DNA of 64,000 nt from positions 94,285-158,284 of the IMG/VR virus record IMGVR_UViG_3300045988_154609. The stretch is one strand, 5' to 3'. The stretch is from a virus. Both the position numbers and the translations under genes were made by a program. Within the stretch, counting starts at the first letter, position 1; every line of letters begins with the position of its first letter. The notes below the pieces were generated by a model that made no database searches, was not told where the DNA came from, and saw only the letters and a program-made list of their open reading frames with translations. This document shows positions 1-10,729 of the stretch, one piece after another.

Positions 1-2298
1 TCTTAAAGTAAGGCTCAAGAGTTTTCTGCTCTTCTTCGGTAAGACCAAATTTTGTCATTTCATCATACCATAACTGAATGTTTTGTTTAAAACGATAATA
101 TTTATCCATCGGGCGTTCTTCTCCATCTTCGCCCATAAGTCTCATTAGACCATTCGCATCCGCCATTTCCAATACATTCTGAGGTTTTAATTTCTTTGCA
201 ACCTGCGCGCCAACCTGAGAATCGAACTGGAAAGTATTAATAACAGATACTTTACCCAATGCGTCCCAAATCTTCTGATCATTTAAAGGTAAAACATTAG
301 GATGAAAATATTTATCATAGACTTCCCGCAAACTTAATTCTGGCTCAATTTCATTATCCTCTTGGAGTAATTGAATAGTTTGAACCAACTTATCTTGAAC
401 CTCAGTTACAAGAAAATCATATTTTGTTAATCCCATATATTCTGCATCATGCAAATCAAACTGAGTAGTAATTTCACCTTTTGGAGTTTTCATAAAAGCA
501 CTATGCTCAAATGGGTCATCTCCAAATAAAATTACACCAGATGCATGAGAACCTCTATGGTTTACAAGACCTTCAATAGCTACAATAATATCCAATAAAC
601 CTGGATATTTATTTACTTCATTTACAAATGTCTTAACAGGCTTACGACCTTTTTCTGGATTCCCATAAACAACTTCTTTAATTGTCCATAAAAATCCTCT
701 TTCCTCTGGGATTAATGAACTCATATACTGAGCTTCATCAACATCAATTCCTTCTGGATAATCCTCACTTCTATAACCTCTACAAGCTGTTTGAATTGCA
801 GATTTAGTTCCTTCTGTACCAAATGTTGCTACAAGAGTACATCCAAGATTTTTCTTCGCCCATTCCATGATATTATCATAGAACATCTTTCCACGCTCTT
901 CTTTAATCTTACGAAGAATTTCTGGACGCTTAGATGGACATATATCAATATCAATATCACCAAGTTCAATTCTCTCTTCATTAAGGTAACGGAAGAAAGG
1001 TAAATCCCACTCGATAGGGTCCAACTGAGTAATTCCCATAAGGTAATGATTAAGTGCGGCACAACTGGAACCACGACCAGCACCTACCATTGAACCGCAA
1101 TCCCAAATCATATCAATATAATGCTGAAGTGTATTTGGATAACAGAACATATTTGTTTCAAGTTTTTCACTAATGATACTTTTAACTCGTGCTTCTTCTT
1201 CAAGCTCATCAAGATAACGTTTATCATTGATTTTCTCAAGTTTTTCAAGCTGATTTAAACACTCATTTACCCAATAACGATTCTGAATATCATCATCCAT
1301 TAACATCGCAGATAAATGTGGATACTGTTTAAATCCTCTTACTTTTGGATAATCTTTAACTTCTACATATGGAATATCTTGCTTATGAAAAAGACTATAA
1401 TATTCAATTTTATTCTGTAAATCTAAAGTGTTCTCAAAAATTACATCTACGTATCCTTCTGGAAAACATGGAGATAATAATTCTTCTACTTCATCACTAT
1501 CCATAAGTCTTGCAAATTCATAAAAGTCATCAACTTCACGCTCTCCACCCTTTGAATTAAGATATGCTTTATGAACCATTCTATCTTCTTTTGTTAAATA
1601 ATGAGAGTCAGTTCCAACAACCATTTTAACATTATATGCAGTTGCGATTTTAAATAACTGAGAATTTACAGTCATTTGATCTTCTTTATTAGATGGAGCG
1701 CATTCAATATAAAAATCATCTCCAAATAAATCCAAAACAAAATCCATAAAATCTTGAATCTTTTTCTGAAAATCTATTGCCATCTTTTGGTCATTTACTT
1801 TTAATGCTTCTGCATATAATAAAGACCATGAAGATAATTCTCCGCCGATACATGCACTTGTTGCAATTAAATGACCTTTATAATGTTTTACAATTTCAGT
1901 TAATTCATCTTTTAAGGTTGGAACTCTTTCCATACCTCTATCCATATATGAATAATACCAAGCTGTAGAACTTAACTCTCTTAACGCTTTATGACCGATT
2001 GCATCTTTAGCAATCAAAATGAAGTGATAATATTTCTGACCATGATTTCTTGTATCAGTTAAATAAATCTCATTTCCTAACCCAATCACAAAATCAGGAT
2101 TTGTTTCTCTTAATTCTGTTGCAATTTTATTTATTTCAACGTGCGCACAAAGGGCTTCATGGTCAGTTATACAGATACCACTAAGTCCTAATTCGATTGC
2201 TTTATTGATTAAATCTTTTGGGTGATTGGTTGAATCCAAAAGACGTAAGTTTGAATATTCTGTATGGTTATGACAATTAAACCACTTTTTGCTCATTT
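1..2298 (-). CDS. dnaE: DNA polymerase III alpha-like catalytic subunit (DnaE/PolC family), N-terminal PHP domain plus polymerase core. The C-terminus runs off the window edge.
   Basis: My own minus-strand translation starts MSKKWFNCHNHTEYSNLRLLDS...ITDHEAL (PHP motifs). It continues through ...GSSCAALNHYLMGITQLDPI (DnaE palm/fingers signature) with no stop down to position 1. The ORF is absent from the supplied table because it has no in-window stop. Confidence 0.75.
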
Positions 2299-2344
2299 AT
2301 TATTTTCCTCTATCTATACTATTCTCAATTATATAAATATTATA

Positions 2345-2986
2345 TCATATTTTTTCAATACTGTCAAAAGGATATTCTTTTCCTGTGATTTCGCTACAGA
2401 TAGTATTCCATGAATAAAACAATGGTTGATAAACTGGTGGAATCCATTCAAAAGAAGAACAAATAATTAAAACATCTGGGGCATATTTGTCATCTTCTAA
2501 ATTAAAGTCTTTTAAGACATAATCTTCTGTAACATATCTTGCGGCCTCGTTTGGATAAGGGTCAGAATTTTCATTATGAACCCAATAAAAAGTATCAACC
2601 AACTTCTTATCTCTTGCATACTTAACCCAATTACTTAAATCATATTTAAACATTGGGCGCATCCAATTCGCAGACTCCATATCATATCCTAAGTCATGAT
2701 GATGATCAATATTATATAAATCAATCTGTTCATCATGAGGAATCGTTTTAAGAATATCAATTACTTTATCATGGCTATTCACAAAATAAATTTCTTGATT
2801 TTGCTTTGCCGCACGTACAATATAGCGAGTTAGATAATCATAAATATATAAATTGGCAGGGATATTTGTAAGAAATGAAAATTTATCTACATAATCTTTC
2901 ATTGGGTCTTCAATATCCACCATATTATTATAAAAACTAATACTTGGTTCCATAATAATATCAAAATCTATTGTAACTACATTCAT
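2345..2986 (-). CDS. hypothetical protein (weak DHH-like motifs: DFD...IDHHHD)
   Basis: 213-aa ORF lying between dnaE and the helicase gene. Contains NIDHHHD and an N-terminal IDFD motif. No confident family assignment. Confidence 0.45.
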   Translation of the reverse strand: MNVVTIDFDIIMEPSISFYNNMVDIEDPMKDYVDKFSFLTNIPANLYIYDYLTRYIVRAAKQNQEIYFVNSHDKVIDILKTIPHDEQIDLYNIDHHHDLGYDMESANWMRPMFKYDLSNWVKYARDKKLVDTFYWVHNENSDPYPNEAARYVTEDYVLKDFNLEDDKYAPDVLIICSSFEWIPPVYQPLFYSWNTICSEITGKEYPFDSIEKI

Positions 2987-2987
2987 A

Positions 2988-4169
2988 TTATTTTCTCCTT
3001 ACAATTACTTTTTCAGATGCTCTGGTTATCGCAGTATAAAGCCATCTTGCATGCTCTAATCTTACTCTTGGATAAGCTTCTTCAAGAACTAAAACTTTAT
3101 CCCATTCAGAACCTTGAGATTTGTGTCCAGTAATACCATATCCATAAGTAAAACATTTTGGAACTAAATCTCCAACTCTTTCACGATATTTACCTATCTT
3201 ATATATATCTCTATCATCAAGACATCTACTTCCATGAGTAAGCATAGTTTTATCTAAGTATAAATCTTTATATAAATCCCCTGATTCAGTTTCTATATCA
3301 CATTGAATTGCCTGTACCGATGGGACTGAAGCTCTAATCCAATATGGGAAATAAACAAATTTATTTTTAGGGTTTTTAAGATAACCAATAGTTCCATTAA
3401 CTAAAGCATTGTGATTATCGCTAATGTCATCCCAATAATTTTGTCTACAAAGAATCTTATCTCCATCTTCTGGAAATGGGCTTCTTCCTAATAGATTTCT
3501 CGCATAAGTATTAATTTCTTCAACTGCGGCATTGGTTCCACAAATAATCTGGTCAGCCCAAAGAACCATACCAGCTTCATAATCCTTTTGGTCAATTACC
3601 TGAACATTCTCTCCTTTAAATAACTCTAAAGGTTTCATCTCTCGAATATCAATACTTAATCTAATGATTTCAGAATCTGCAGCTTGCCGCATAATTTCAT
3701 CCAAAAAAATATGAGGATGCTCAAGTAAATGATTATCCTTATCTTTCTCTATTGGAGGAATCTGGAATGGGTCTCCTAAGCAAATAACATACACTTTATG
3801 TTTAAAAAGCTGTTGCATCATGTCTACTGGAACCATTGAAATTTCATCAACCACAATAATACTATATTCAATAGTAGTTTTTGGTTTTCTAAAAAAACCT
3901 CCGCCTGGTCTTGGGATATGCTCATAAAGTAATTTATGTAAAGTGCAAGCATTTTTATTTCCCTTCTTACGGAGAACTTCTGCAGCCTTGCCAGTAAAAG
4001 CCGCATATGCGACTTTGCTTGGTTCGACGTCAAGAGCCTCGATGATGAACTTTACAAGGGTGGACTTACCAGTACCTGCGTAGCCAGAAATCACAGTATA
4101 TTTTTCATTATTGTGAAATCTTTCAACTGCAATTTTCAATCCTTCTTCTTGTTTTTTAGTTAATTCCAT
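2988..4169 (-). CDS. SF1B ATP-dependent DNA helicase, Dda/RecD-like
   Basis: Walker A GYAGTGKST, DEISMV Walker B, and a C-terminal ...TAITRASEKVIV motif typical of the RecD/Dda family. Confidence 0.8.
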   Translation of the reverse strand: MELTKKQEEGLKIAVERFHNNEKYTVISGYAGTGKSTLVKFIIEALDVEPSKVAYAAFTGKAAEVLRKKGNKNACTLHKLLYEHIPRPGGGFFRKPKTTIEYSIIVVDEISMVPVDMMQQLFKHKVYVICLGDPFQIPPIEKDKDNHLLEHPHIFLDEIMRQAADSEIIRLSIDIREMKPLELFKGENVQVIDQKDYEAGMVLWADQIICGTNAAVEEINTYARNLLGRSPFPEDGDKILCRQNYWDDISDNHNALVNGTIGYLKNPKNKFVYFPYWIRASVPSVQAIQCDIETESGDLYKDLYLDKTMLTHGSRCLDDRDIYKIGKYRERVGDLVPKCFTYGYGITGHKSQGSEWDKVLVLEEAYPRVRLEHARWLYTAITRASEKVIVRRK

Positions 4170-4419
4170 TTATTTCATTACTCTCTTTCATATACATTAA
4201 TCTGATCATTTGCTGCTTAAATGGCGTTGGAATTCTATGATAATGCCAATATAAACATACTCGCTCTTTTTTAAATCCCATTATCTTAAAATTTCCATTC
4301 CATAAATATGAACTTTTCATATACGTTTTCATGGAAATTGAGAATATATCGCTTTTAGTTAATTTAAAAGCTCTAATTGAGTTATTATTTGTTTGATCGA
4401 AGTGGGTGATCTTCTGCAT
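4156..4419 (-). CDS. hypothetical protein
   Basis: 87-aa ORF, minus strand, tightly packed between neighbours. Confidence 0.3.
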   Translation of the reverse strand: MQKITHFDQTNNNSIRAFKLTKSDIFSISMKTYMKSSYLWNGNFKIMGFKKERVCLYWHYHRIPTPFKQQMIRLMYMKESNEINGIN

Positions 4420-4690
4420 GAGCTTCTAATATCTCCTCTAATACTTTATAAAAATGCATACACTGACTCTCTTCCCAATTTTTACGGGAAAAATGTCTAC
4501 CTTCTTTTAATGCTTCTCTTTCTTTATATTCACTAAGTTCTTTGATAGCCATAGCATATCGAAAATATAAACTATCAAAAGCAAAATTAAGTCTTTCAAG
4601 TAAAATTTTATTTAACTGGTCTCTATTAATTACTGTTACGTCTAATTTATTTTTTAATTCTTCAGCTTCTCTTGTCATAATATATACCAT
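4385..4690 (-). CDS. hypothetical protein
   Basis: 101-aa ORF preceded by the conserved promoter box at about 4690-4740. Confidence 0.45.
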   Translation of the reverse strand: MVYIMTREAEELKNKLDVTVINRDQLNKILLERLNFAFDSLYFRYAMAIKELSEYKEREALKEGRHFSRKNWEESQCMHFYKVLEEILEAHAEDHPLRSNK

Positions 4691-4879
4691 CCCTTTTGAT
4701 TATATAAATATTATACCATTTTTTAAGTAAAAAATCAATATAAGGCATTTTTGGTGAAAAATTTCTAAGACCACTTTTTGTTTTGGATTACGGTTGTTAG
4801 GACCCATCACCGCCGGAAGACCTGCTATTCTCGCATATGGGTACAAAAATATGGCGTACATTATATACGCCATATAATT

Positions 4880-6673
4880 TTAAAAATAATATTTAGTCTC
4901 TCCTGTAATTTCATAATCACTAACTTTAATCTGAGGAGTTATACGACCATTCCACTCATTAATTGCACAAGTTCCTATAACTGTAATATTTTTACTACCA
5001 ATAGCATTAGTAGGAAGTAATGAATCAAATTCTTCATCAGTAATTTTAAACTTAATTAAGCTTGTTCCATTAGGTAAAGTAATTTTAAATGAAGGACATC
5101 TACCACCTTTTCCCATATAAGATAAATTATCTTTGGTTACTTTGATATTTTTAATTACAATAATCGGTTCCGCGAGCTCTTGTCCCCAAATAGTATTTAA
5201 TTCAGCTAAATCAATAATATCATTTGCTTTAAAGTCATTTGCATCCCAGATAAAATCAACTTTCTGACATGGAGTAAATGAACATTCTTTTAAAGCTTCA
5301 TTTGAATACTGAATAAAATCACTGAACTTTTCTTCTGGAATGGCTGCACCAAATGCATTAGGATGACCTTCTGCGAGACTGGCATAACCGCTATCTCGAA
5401 TAAATGTTCTCAAATCATTAAAATTAGAGGTTTCATAACTTCTACCAGAACCTTCTAAGCTAATACTACCGTCTTCTTGTGGATGTTCCATAAGAATAAG
5501 AAAAGGATGATTATATTTAGCCATTAACTGGTTTGCAATGAGTCCAGTTAAATTTTTATTTATTGCTCCAGCAGCAAGCTTAACCGCAATAATTTTATTT
5601 TCTTCAAGAGATTTATCTTTTATAATTCTTTCAATCGTTTGAAGACTTGCATCAATAGCTTTAGATTGATTTCGTTTAATATTTGTGCAATTTCGGCAAG
5701 CCTGCTCTACACGAGTTTCAAACTGGCCTTTACATCCTCTTTTGGTAGAAGGAATTTGGTCATAAGCCTTAAAATCTAACATAGATTCAAAAAGCATAAG
5801 CTTCTCATTTGCAGAACCCATACGAATAGTTCCATTTATTTGCGGCGCAATATAAAAGCTAACTGCAAATGGACATAATCCTCCTGCTCTACTAATGGAA
5901 TAGTCTTGCACTTTTACCATTTCTTTAAAAAATGGGTTTTCAACAGATGCTAAACCAAGATTAATAATTTCTCTTGTTTCAAAATCTCTAATATCCATCA
6001 TATCTGCAATGATTCCAAGTGCCGCCAAATCAAGATAGTAATTTGCCCAATCTGTTCCCATGATTGAATCAAAATAAGAGCAAAATTTATAAACCATACC
6101 TACACCAGATAAAGATTTAGTTGGATAATCGCATAATTGATTATTTATTACACATGCATCCTCTGAAACTTTTTCAGCTTCATGGTGGTCAATAACCAAT
6201 ACATCAATTCCAAGCTCTTTAAGTTTTTTATGTACTTCATAATTATTACTTGATGAATCTGGTGCAATAATTAATTTATAATCTTCATTTATAAAATCTG
6301 GAATAAATTCTTCATAAAGTCCATGTTGTTTACCAGAATGTAATCCATATGAAATTTTTGTTTGAGTATATCCTGGAAATAATCGGTTTAAATAATTAAT
6401 AAGGAATGCCGCAGATGTAAAACCATCGCAGTCACTATCTACTTGAATATAAATCTTATCCTGTTGGCTAATATGTCTTGCTAACATTCTTACTCCTTCA
6501 TCTATATTCATAATTAAACCAGGGTCTAAAATATCTTCTTTAGTTGTATTAAGATAATGAGGAATATCTTTTGGATCTACTCCTCTTATTGCAAATACCC
6601 GCTCTACCACTGTATATTCATTTTTAATTGGGAGCAATGGCGTTTTAAGTTGATAATCCATATTTGATTTCAA
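4880..6673 (-). CDS. recJ: RecJ-like single-strand DNA exonuclease (DHH/DHHA1 phosphoesterase)
   Basis: DHH motifs VDSDCDG and IDHHEAE, with a DHHA1-like GSGRS region. Confidence 0.8.
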   Translation of the reverse strand: MKSNMDYQLKTPLLPIKNEYTVVERVFAIRGVDPKDIPHYLNTTKEDILDPGLIMNIDEGVRMLARHISQQDKIYIQVDSDCDGFTSAAFLINYLNRLFPGYTQTKISYGLHSGKQHGLYEEFIPDFINEDYKLIIAPDSSSNNYEVHKKLKELGIDVLVIDHHEAEKVSEDACVINNQLCDYPTKSLSGVGMVYKFCSYFDSIMGTDWANYYLDLAALGIIADMMDIRDFETREIINLGLASVENPFFKEMVKVQDYSISRAGGLCPFAVSFYIAPQINGTIRMGSANEKLMLFESMLDFKAYDQIPSTKRGCKGQFETRVEQACRNCTNIKRNQSKAIDASLQTIERIIKDKSLEENKIIAVKLAAGAINKNLTGLIANQLMAKYNHPFLILMEHPQEDGSISLEGSGRSYETSNFNDLRTFIRDSGYASLAEGHPNAFGAAIPEEKFSDFIQYSNEALKECSFTPCQKVDFIWDANDFKANDIIDLAELNTIWGQELAEPIIVIKNIKVTKDNLSYMGKGGRCPSFKITLPNGTSLIKFKITDEEFDSLLPTNAIGSKNITVIGTCAINEWNGRITPQIKVSDYEITGETKYYF

Positions 6674-6691
6674 CCTCCTTTCATTTGTCCA

Positions 6692-6925
6692 TTACACTCC
6701 CTTATCATCAAAATCAATTTTATTTACTGAACTAACCTCTTTTCCATATCCAGCTTTTTCTTCAATGGATTTTTTCATTTCATTTAACATACCTACAAAT
6801 TCATTAAACTCCCAATAATCTTGAAAAGTAAAACTAATCGTATTTGCATCAATAATATTTAATACTTCCCTATGCGCCCGAGAAAATTTACATCTGGCGC
6901 CATATCTATCTCCATGAATAGGCAC
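6692..6925 (-). CDS. hypothetical protein
   Basis: 77-aa ORF. Confidence 0.35.
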   Translation of the reverse strand: MPIHGDRYGARCKFSRAHREVLNIIDANTISFTFQDYWEFNEFVGMLNEMKKSIEEKAGYGKEVSSVNKIDFDDKGV

Positions 6926-6987
6926 TTCTATACTAAAGCTAGCATAGTCTCTTAATGGGTATTTATTAGGGTTAAAAGGTTCATCTA

Positions 6988-8097
6988 CTATCGTAATAAA
7001 ATCCTTTCTTTAAATAATGTGAGAAATTTTTCAGATCCTTCGTCTATTGGACTTGCTTTATATCCAGTAATCATATTCTTATCAAATATAAAACTAATAT
7101 TTACATCATTCTTATATTTGTCATTAATTCTTGTAAGATTTCTTGTTAAGTGTTTAAATTCTTTATCTCCAATTTCTTGAAACTGTCTATCAAAAGCAAT
7201 AATAATTTCTTTTGCTCCAGCATCTTTTAATAATTGAATTTGCCTTGCGGACAAGCTTGAACCGCAACAAGCAACTGAGATATTATTATCCCAACCAAAA
7301 TAACTTGCATACATTAATACAGATTTTTCAGATTCAAAAACAATAGCTTTTCCCATTGTTTTAATATTATCTTTGCTCCAATTTAAACCATATAGATTCA
7401 TTCCAAGAGGATGATTATATAATAACTTATTAATTCGCATAGGTCTATATTTTCCATATATCTCAGCTTCGTCCGTAATTAAAGTTCGACCTCTTAAACC
7501 AATAAACCTACCATTAACATCGAAATGTGGAATTGTAATTTGGTCCGCTCCTGGATAATAACCTATCTGAGCAAGTTTCATAACTTCATTAGTTATTCCC
7601 TCTTTTATCCAAGGCATAATAAGAACATTATAATTAAATCGTGTTAAAATGTCTGTATTAAATTCTTTTAATTCTATCTTATTTTCTTTTAATTCTATTT
7701 CTTTTATTTTTTCATAATTTGCTAAAAGTTTCCAATCTTCAATTTTATCATCAGATTCAGAACCATCTTCATTTCTTCCTGCGATACCGAATCTTCTTGC
7801 AACCCATCGCACCGCATCATTTAGGTCATATTCCTCTGACCATTGAATCTTAGCAACTTTTCTGGTTAATTCAAAAATATCGAAATAACTATCACAACCA
7901 GTATAACATCTAAACAAACCTGAATTATTATAATAATATAGTTTACGACTTCCTTCTCCTGGTTCATTATGACATATAGTAGAAGAGAGGATTCCAAAGC
8001 CAGTGTACTCTGGGTCTCCTCCCCACTCTTGCAATAACTCAAATATATTTTCTAATTCTAAAGCTTCTCTAATTTCACTCTTATCATAATTAATCAT
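6988..8097 (-). CDS. dnaG: DnaG-like DNA primase (zinc-binding domain plus TOPRIM)
   Basis: CHC2-type zinc finger ...CHNEPGEGSRKLYYYNNSGLFRCYTGCDSYFD. TOPRIM region AIVFESEKSVLMYASYFG ... IIAFDRQ. Confidence 0.75.
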   Translation of the reverse strand: MINYDKSEIREALELENIFELLQEWGGDPEYTGFGILSSTICHNEPGEGSRKLYYYNNSGLFRCYTGCDSYFDIFELTRKVAKIQWSEEYDLNDAVRWVARRFGIAGRNEDGSESDDKIEDWKLLANYEKIKEIELKENKIELKEFNTDILTRFNYNVLIMPWIKEGITNEVMKLAQIGYYPGADQITIPHFDVNGRFIGLRGRTLITDEAEIYGKYRPMRINKLLYNHPLGMNLYGLNWSKDNIKTMGKAIVFESEKSVLMYASYFGWDNNISVACCGSSLSARQIQLLKDAGAKEIIIAFDRQFQEIGDKEFKHLTRNLTRINDKYKNDVNISFIFDKNMITGYKASPIDEGSEKFLTLFKERILLR

Positions 8098-8286
8098 TTA
8101 CTTTTCACTTTCTGGCCAAAAGAATGTTAAATCTGTTATTGCGGTCAAATCTATTCCAGTTTGTTCTTCAAACTCTTTCATTGGACCGGTTATCTTATAT
8201 TCGTCTGCTGACAGAGTTAATTTTCTGCCAGCAACGAATTTATCCTGTCCCATAAGTCGAAGAATTGTTATTTCTTGCTTATCCAT
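8098..8286 (-). CDS. hypothetical protein
   Basis: 62-aa ORF. Confidence 0.3.
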   Translation of the reverse strand: MDKQEITILRLMGQDKFVAGRKLTLSADEYKITGPMKEFEEQTGIDLTAITDLTFFWPESEK

Positions 8287-8290
8287 AATA

Positions 8291-8593
8291 TTAACCTGGG
8301 ATAACTCTTACACAAGTTCCAAGCAATCCAAACTGCTCATTTACCCAATTGCAAAGATATACCTGAGCTTCGCCGCCATCTTTCTTACACTCTTTAAGAA
8401 TGTCCTCATACATAGGAATAGGCATTTTATATTCAAACTGCATGCCAGCTCTGATTTCTTTTGGAGCTACATACTGACGAGCAACTTTTGCTACTCTACT
8501 TTCTTTCTTTTTCGTTTTCTTCTTTGTAAAATTGTTTACCTTATAATTTTTCTCACTATAATTTTTTTCACTCTTCATCATCGTCCCAAGCAC
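8291..8593 (-). CDS. hypothetical basic protein
   Basis: 100-aa ORF with a Lys-rich N-terminus. Confidence 0.4.
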   Translation of the reverse strand: MLGTMMKSEKNYSEKNYKVNNFTKKKTKKKESRVAKVARQYVAPKEIRAGMQFEYKMPIPMYEDILKECKKDGGEAQVYLCNWVNEQFGLLGTCVRVIPG

Positions 8594-10109
8594 CTTTCTC
8601 TACAATAATTTTTATATCATCCATGTTAATAAGTTCATAATCATATGTAGTACAGAACATAGGCTGTATTCTACAAGTACCTAAATCTGCTTTACACCAC
8701 ATAATAATTCCTTTATATCTACCGCGTCTATTCTTGTAAACAGACATTTTAATAGTAGGCTTTTCAAAAATATTTGAAGAAAGAATTGAATCAAGAGCAT
8801 CAATGTCTTCTTCTTTAACACTTAATAAAATTGAACCATAGTCAATCTTATCAGCAATAGATTTTGCACCACGAAGTAAATTCTGGTCAGGAGTTTTAGC
8901 TTCTTGATAGTCTCCATTTAACTGCGTTGCAGACATAATAAAGACTCCATACTGATTACAAATATCTTTTAATTTATTTGATAACATAAATAAGATATTA
9001 TCTTCACGAAGTTTTACTCCACCACTTCTTTTTGTGATTTCTTCCAAAATTTTCAAACTGGTATGAATATAATCGTGAAAAATATATTTAACATCATGGT
9101 CACGAATATTTTTCTTAATTACATTTTCAACATCTTTCAATGAAAAATCTGGTAATTCTTCTACATATAATGGACTACTTTCAAGAATCTCTCCAGCTTT
9201 AATGACTCGCTCTTCTTCATCGCCCTCATATTCACCATTAATGATATGCTCTTCATTTACGTTGGAAAGAAAAGCTAACATCATTGTTTGGATTTCTTCA
9301 AGTTCCTGCTCTGTTGTAATAAACAACGTTGGCTCAGATGTACCATTTTTAATCCATCCAAAAGATTCATCATAGATCTTATTACAAGCTATATTACAAG
9401 CATCCGCAATCATTGAACGAGTCTTTCCTATACCAGTTGCCGCAGAACGTAAATAAAACTTCTTTAATCTTGCTCCACGAGTAACTGTATTTACTAATCT
9501 TCCATAAAGAGGAACTCCTACTTCTGGATGATCTTTAAATTTTTGGATTAATTGTAAAACACCTTTTCCAGCTTGAATAGCTTCTCCAGTAGTATCATCA
9601 ACATATTTTAAACGAATATCGCTTATCTTACGGTCAACCCTATCCGCAATTTCCTCTAAAGAAGAATTATCTAACAAGTCTTCTTGAAGTTGTTTCTTTT
9701 TTATATCTAAGATATTATCTGGGTCGTAGATATCAGAAACATCTACTCCATAGTTATCATATGCTCTTAATAATGTCATCTTTTTTAATCTGTTATAATA
9801 GAAATCAAAAGACAACTGAGATGCGATATCAGCTACTTTTAATAGCCATTTATCACCATCATTTTTCTTATATATTGCCGCAGATTTTGGTCTTGAACTT
9901 AAAAAATCCGCTAAGTTTTCTAACGTGATAGTTTTTGCTCCAAGTTCATAAACTTTATAAATAGCACCAAATACAGTTCTATGAAATTCATCTGGAAAAT
10001 CTTCATCTGTAATAGTATATTTATCTTCAAACTCCAAAATCTGAGGATTATTATAAACACATCCAATTACATGCATTATTGCAGTCACATCGACATACTT
10101 ACTCGCCAC
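8568..10109 (-). CDS. dnaB: DnaB-like replicative DNA helicase
   Basis: DnaB N-terminal domain followed by a RecA-like core with Walker A SAATGIGKT. Length is 513 aa. Confidence 0.8.
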   Translation of the reverse strand: MASKYVDVTAIMHVIGCVYNNPQILEFEDKYTITDEDFPDEFHRTVFGAIYKVYELGAKTITLENLADFLSSRPKSAAIYKKNDGDKWLLKVADIASQLSFDFYYNRLKKMTLLRAYDNYGVDVSDIYDPDNILDIKKKQLQEDLLDNSSLEEIADRVDRKISDIRLKYVDDTTGEAIQAGKGVLQLIQKFKDHPEVGVPLYGRLVNTVTRGARLKKFYLRSAATGIGKTRSMIADACNIACNKIYDESFGWIKNGTSEPTLFITTEQELEEIQTMMLAFLSNVNEEHIINGEYEGDEEERVIKAGEILESSPLYVEELPDFSLKDVENVIKKNIRDHDVKYIFHDYIHTSLKILEEITKRSGGVKLREDNILFMLSNKLKDICNQYGVFIMSATQLNGDYQEAKTPDQNLLRGAKSIADKIDYGSILLSVKEEDIDALDSILSSNIFEKPTIKMSVYKNRRGRYKGIIMWCKADLGTCRIQPMFCTTYDYELINMDDIKIIVEKGAWDDDEE

Positions 10110-10626
10110 TTTCAGCTTCCTCCTCGTCTAAAAATACAAATAATTTCCGTTTTCTCAAATTCCTTTTTGGGGGTTCGATTTTTATAACTTTTTCTTTTGA
10201 AACAAACTCTTGAACATCTTTATCCTGATTTTTTTGATTCGCTTCCCAAATGGAATAATAATAATTAAAAGCATCTTTATAAACATAAGGAACGATACCT
10301 ATGCCGCCATTTGCCTTTTCTGTAGAATTACCTTTTATCTCATAAAAATAAACTAAAGCTTTTCTAATTCCTGAATAAGTATATTGGTATTGTTCAATGT
10401 ATGTATTTATTTGTTTTCTAACTCTTGGAGTTATAAAGTCATCGCCCAACAATTTAATGATATATTCTTCTAAAGCTATTTTATCAGCTTCTTCTTGTTT
10501 TAATCGACTTTGCTCTTTACTTGCACATTCAGTATGAGCATATCTTCTTGGTGAGACTTGAACAAAAGAATATTTATCTCTATCAAACGTTTGATGACAA
10601 TATATACATTTTACTTTATGTGCCAA
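10099..10626 (-). CDS. hypothetical zinc-finger protein
   Basis: N-terminal CxxC...H..C motif (KCIYCHQTFD...YAHTEC) and an acidic C-terminus. Confidence 0.45.
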   Translation of the reverse strand: MAHKVKCIYCHQTFDRDKYSFVQVSPRRYAHTECASKEQSRLKQEEADKIALEEYIIKLLGDDFITPRVRKQINTYIEQYQYTYSGIRKALVYFYEIKGNSTEKANGGIGIVPYVYKDAFNYYYSIWEANQKNQDKDVQEFVSKEKVIKIEPPKRNLRKRKLFVFLDEEEAESGE

Positions 10627-10729
10627 ATATTCTTACTCCTTTCTCCTAATCTATAATAATATTATATCATTTTTCAATAAAAAAGTCAATCCAAGAATAT
10701 AACTTGGATTGACTTTAAGATTATATATC

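Noticed and set aside
3824-4033. 69-aa minus-strand ORF inside the helicase gene, and similar nested ORFs (31658-31867, 15952-16176, 63113-63316)
   Set aside because: Alternative frames nested within longer, well-supported genes on the same strand. Low-complexity translations.
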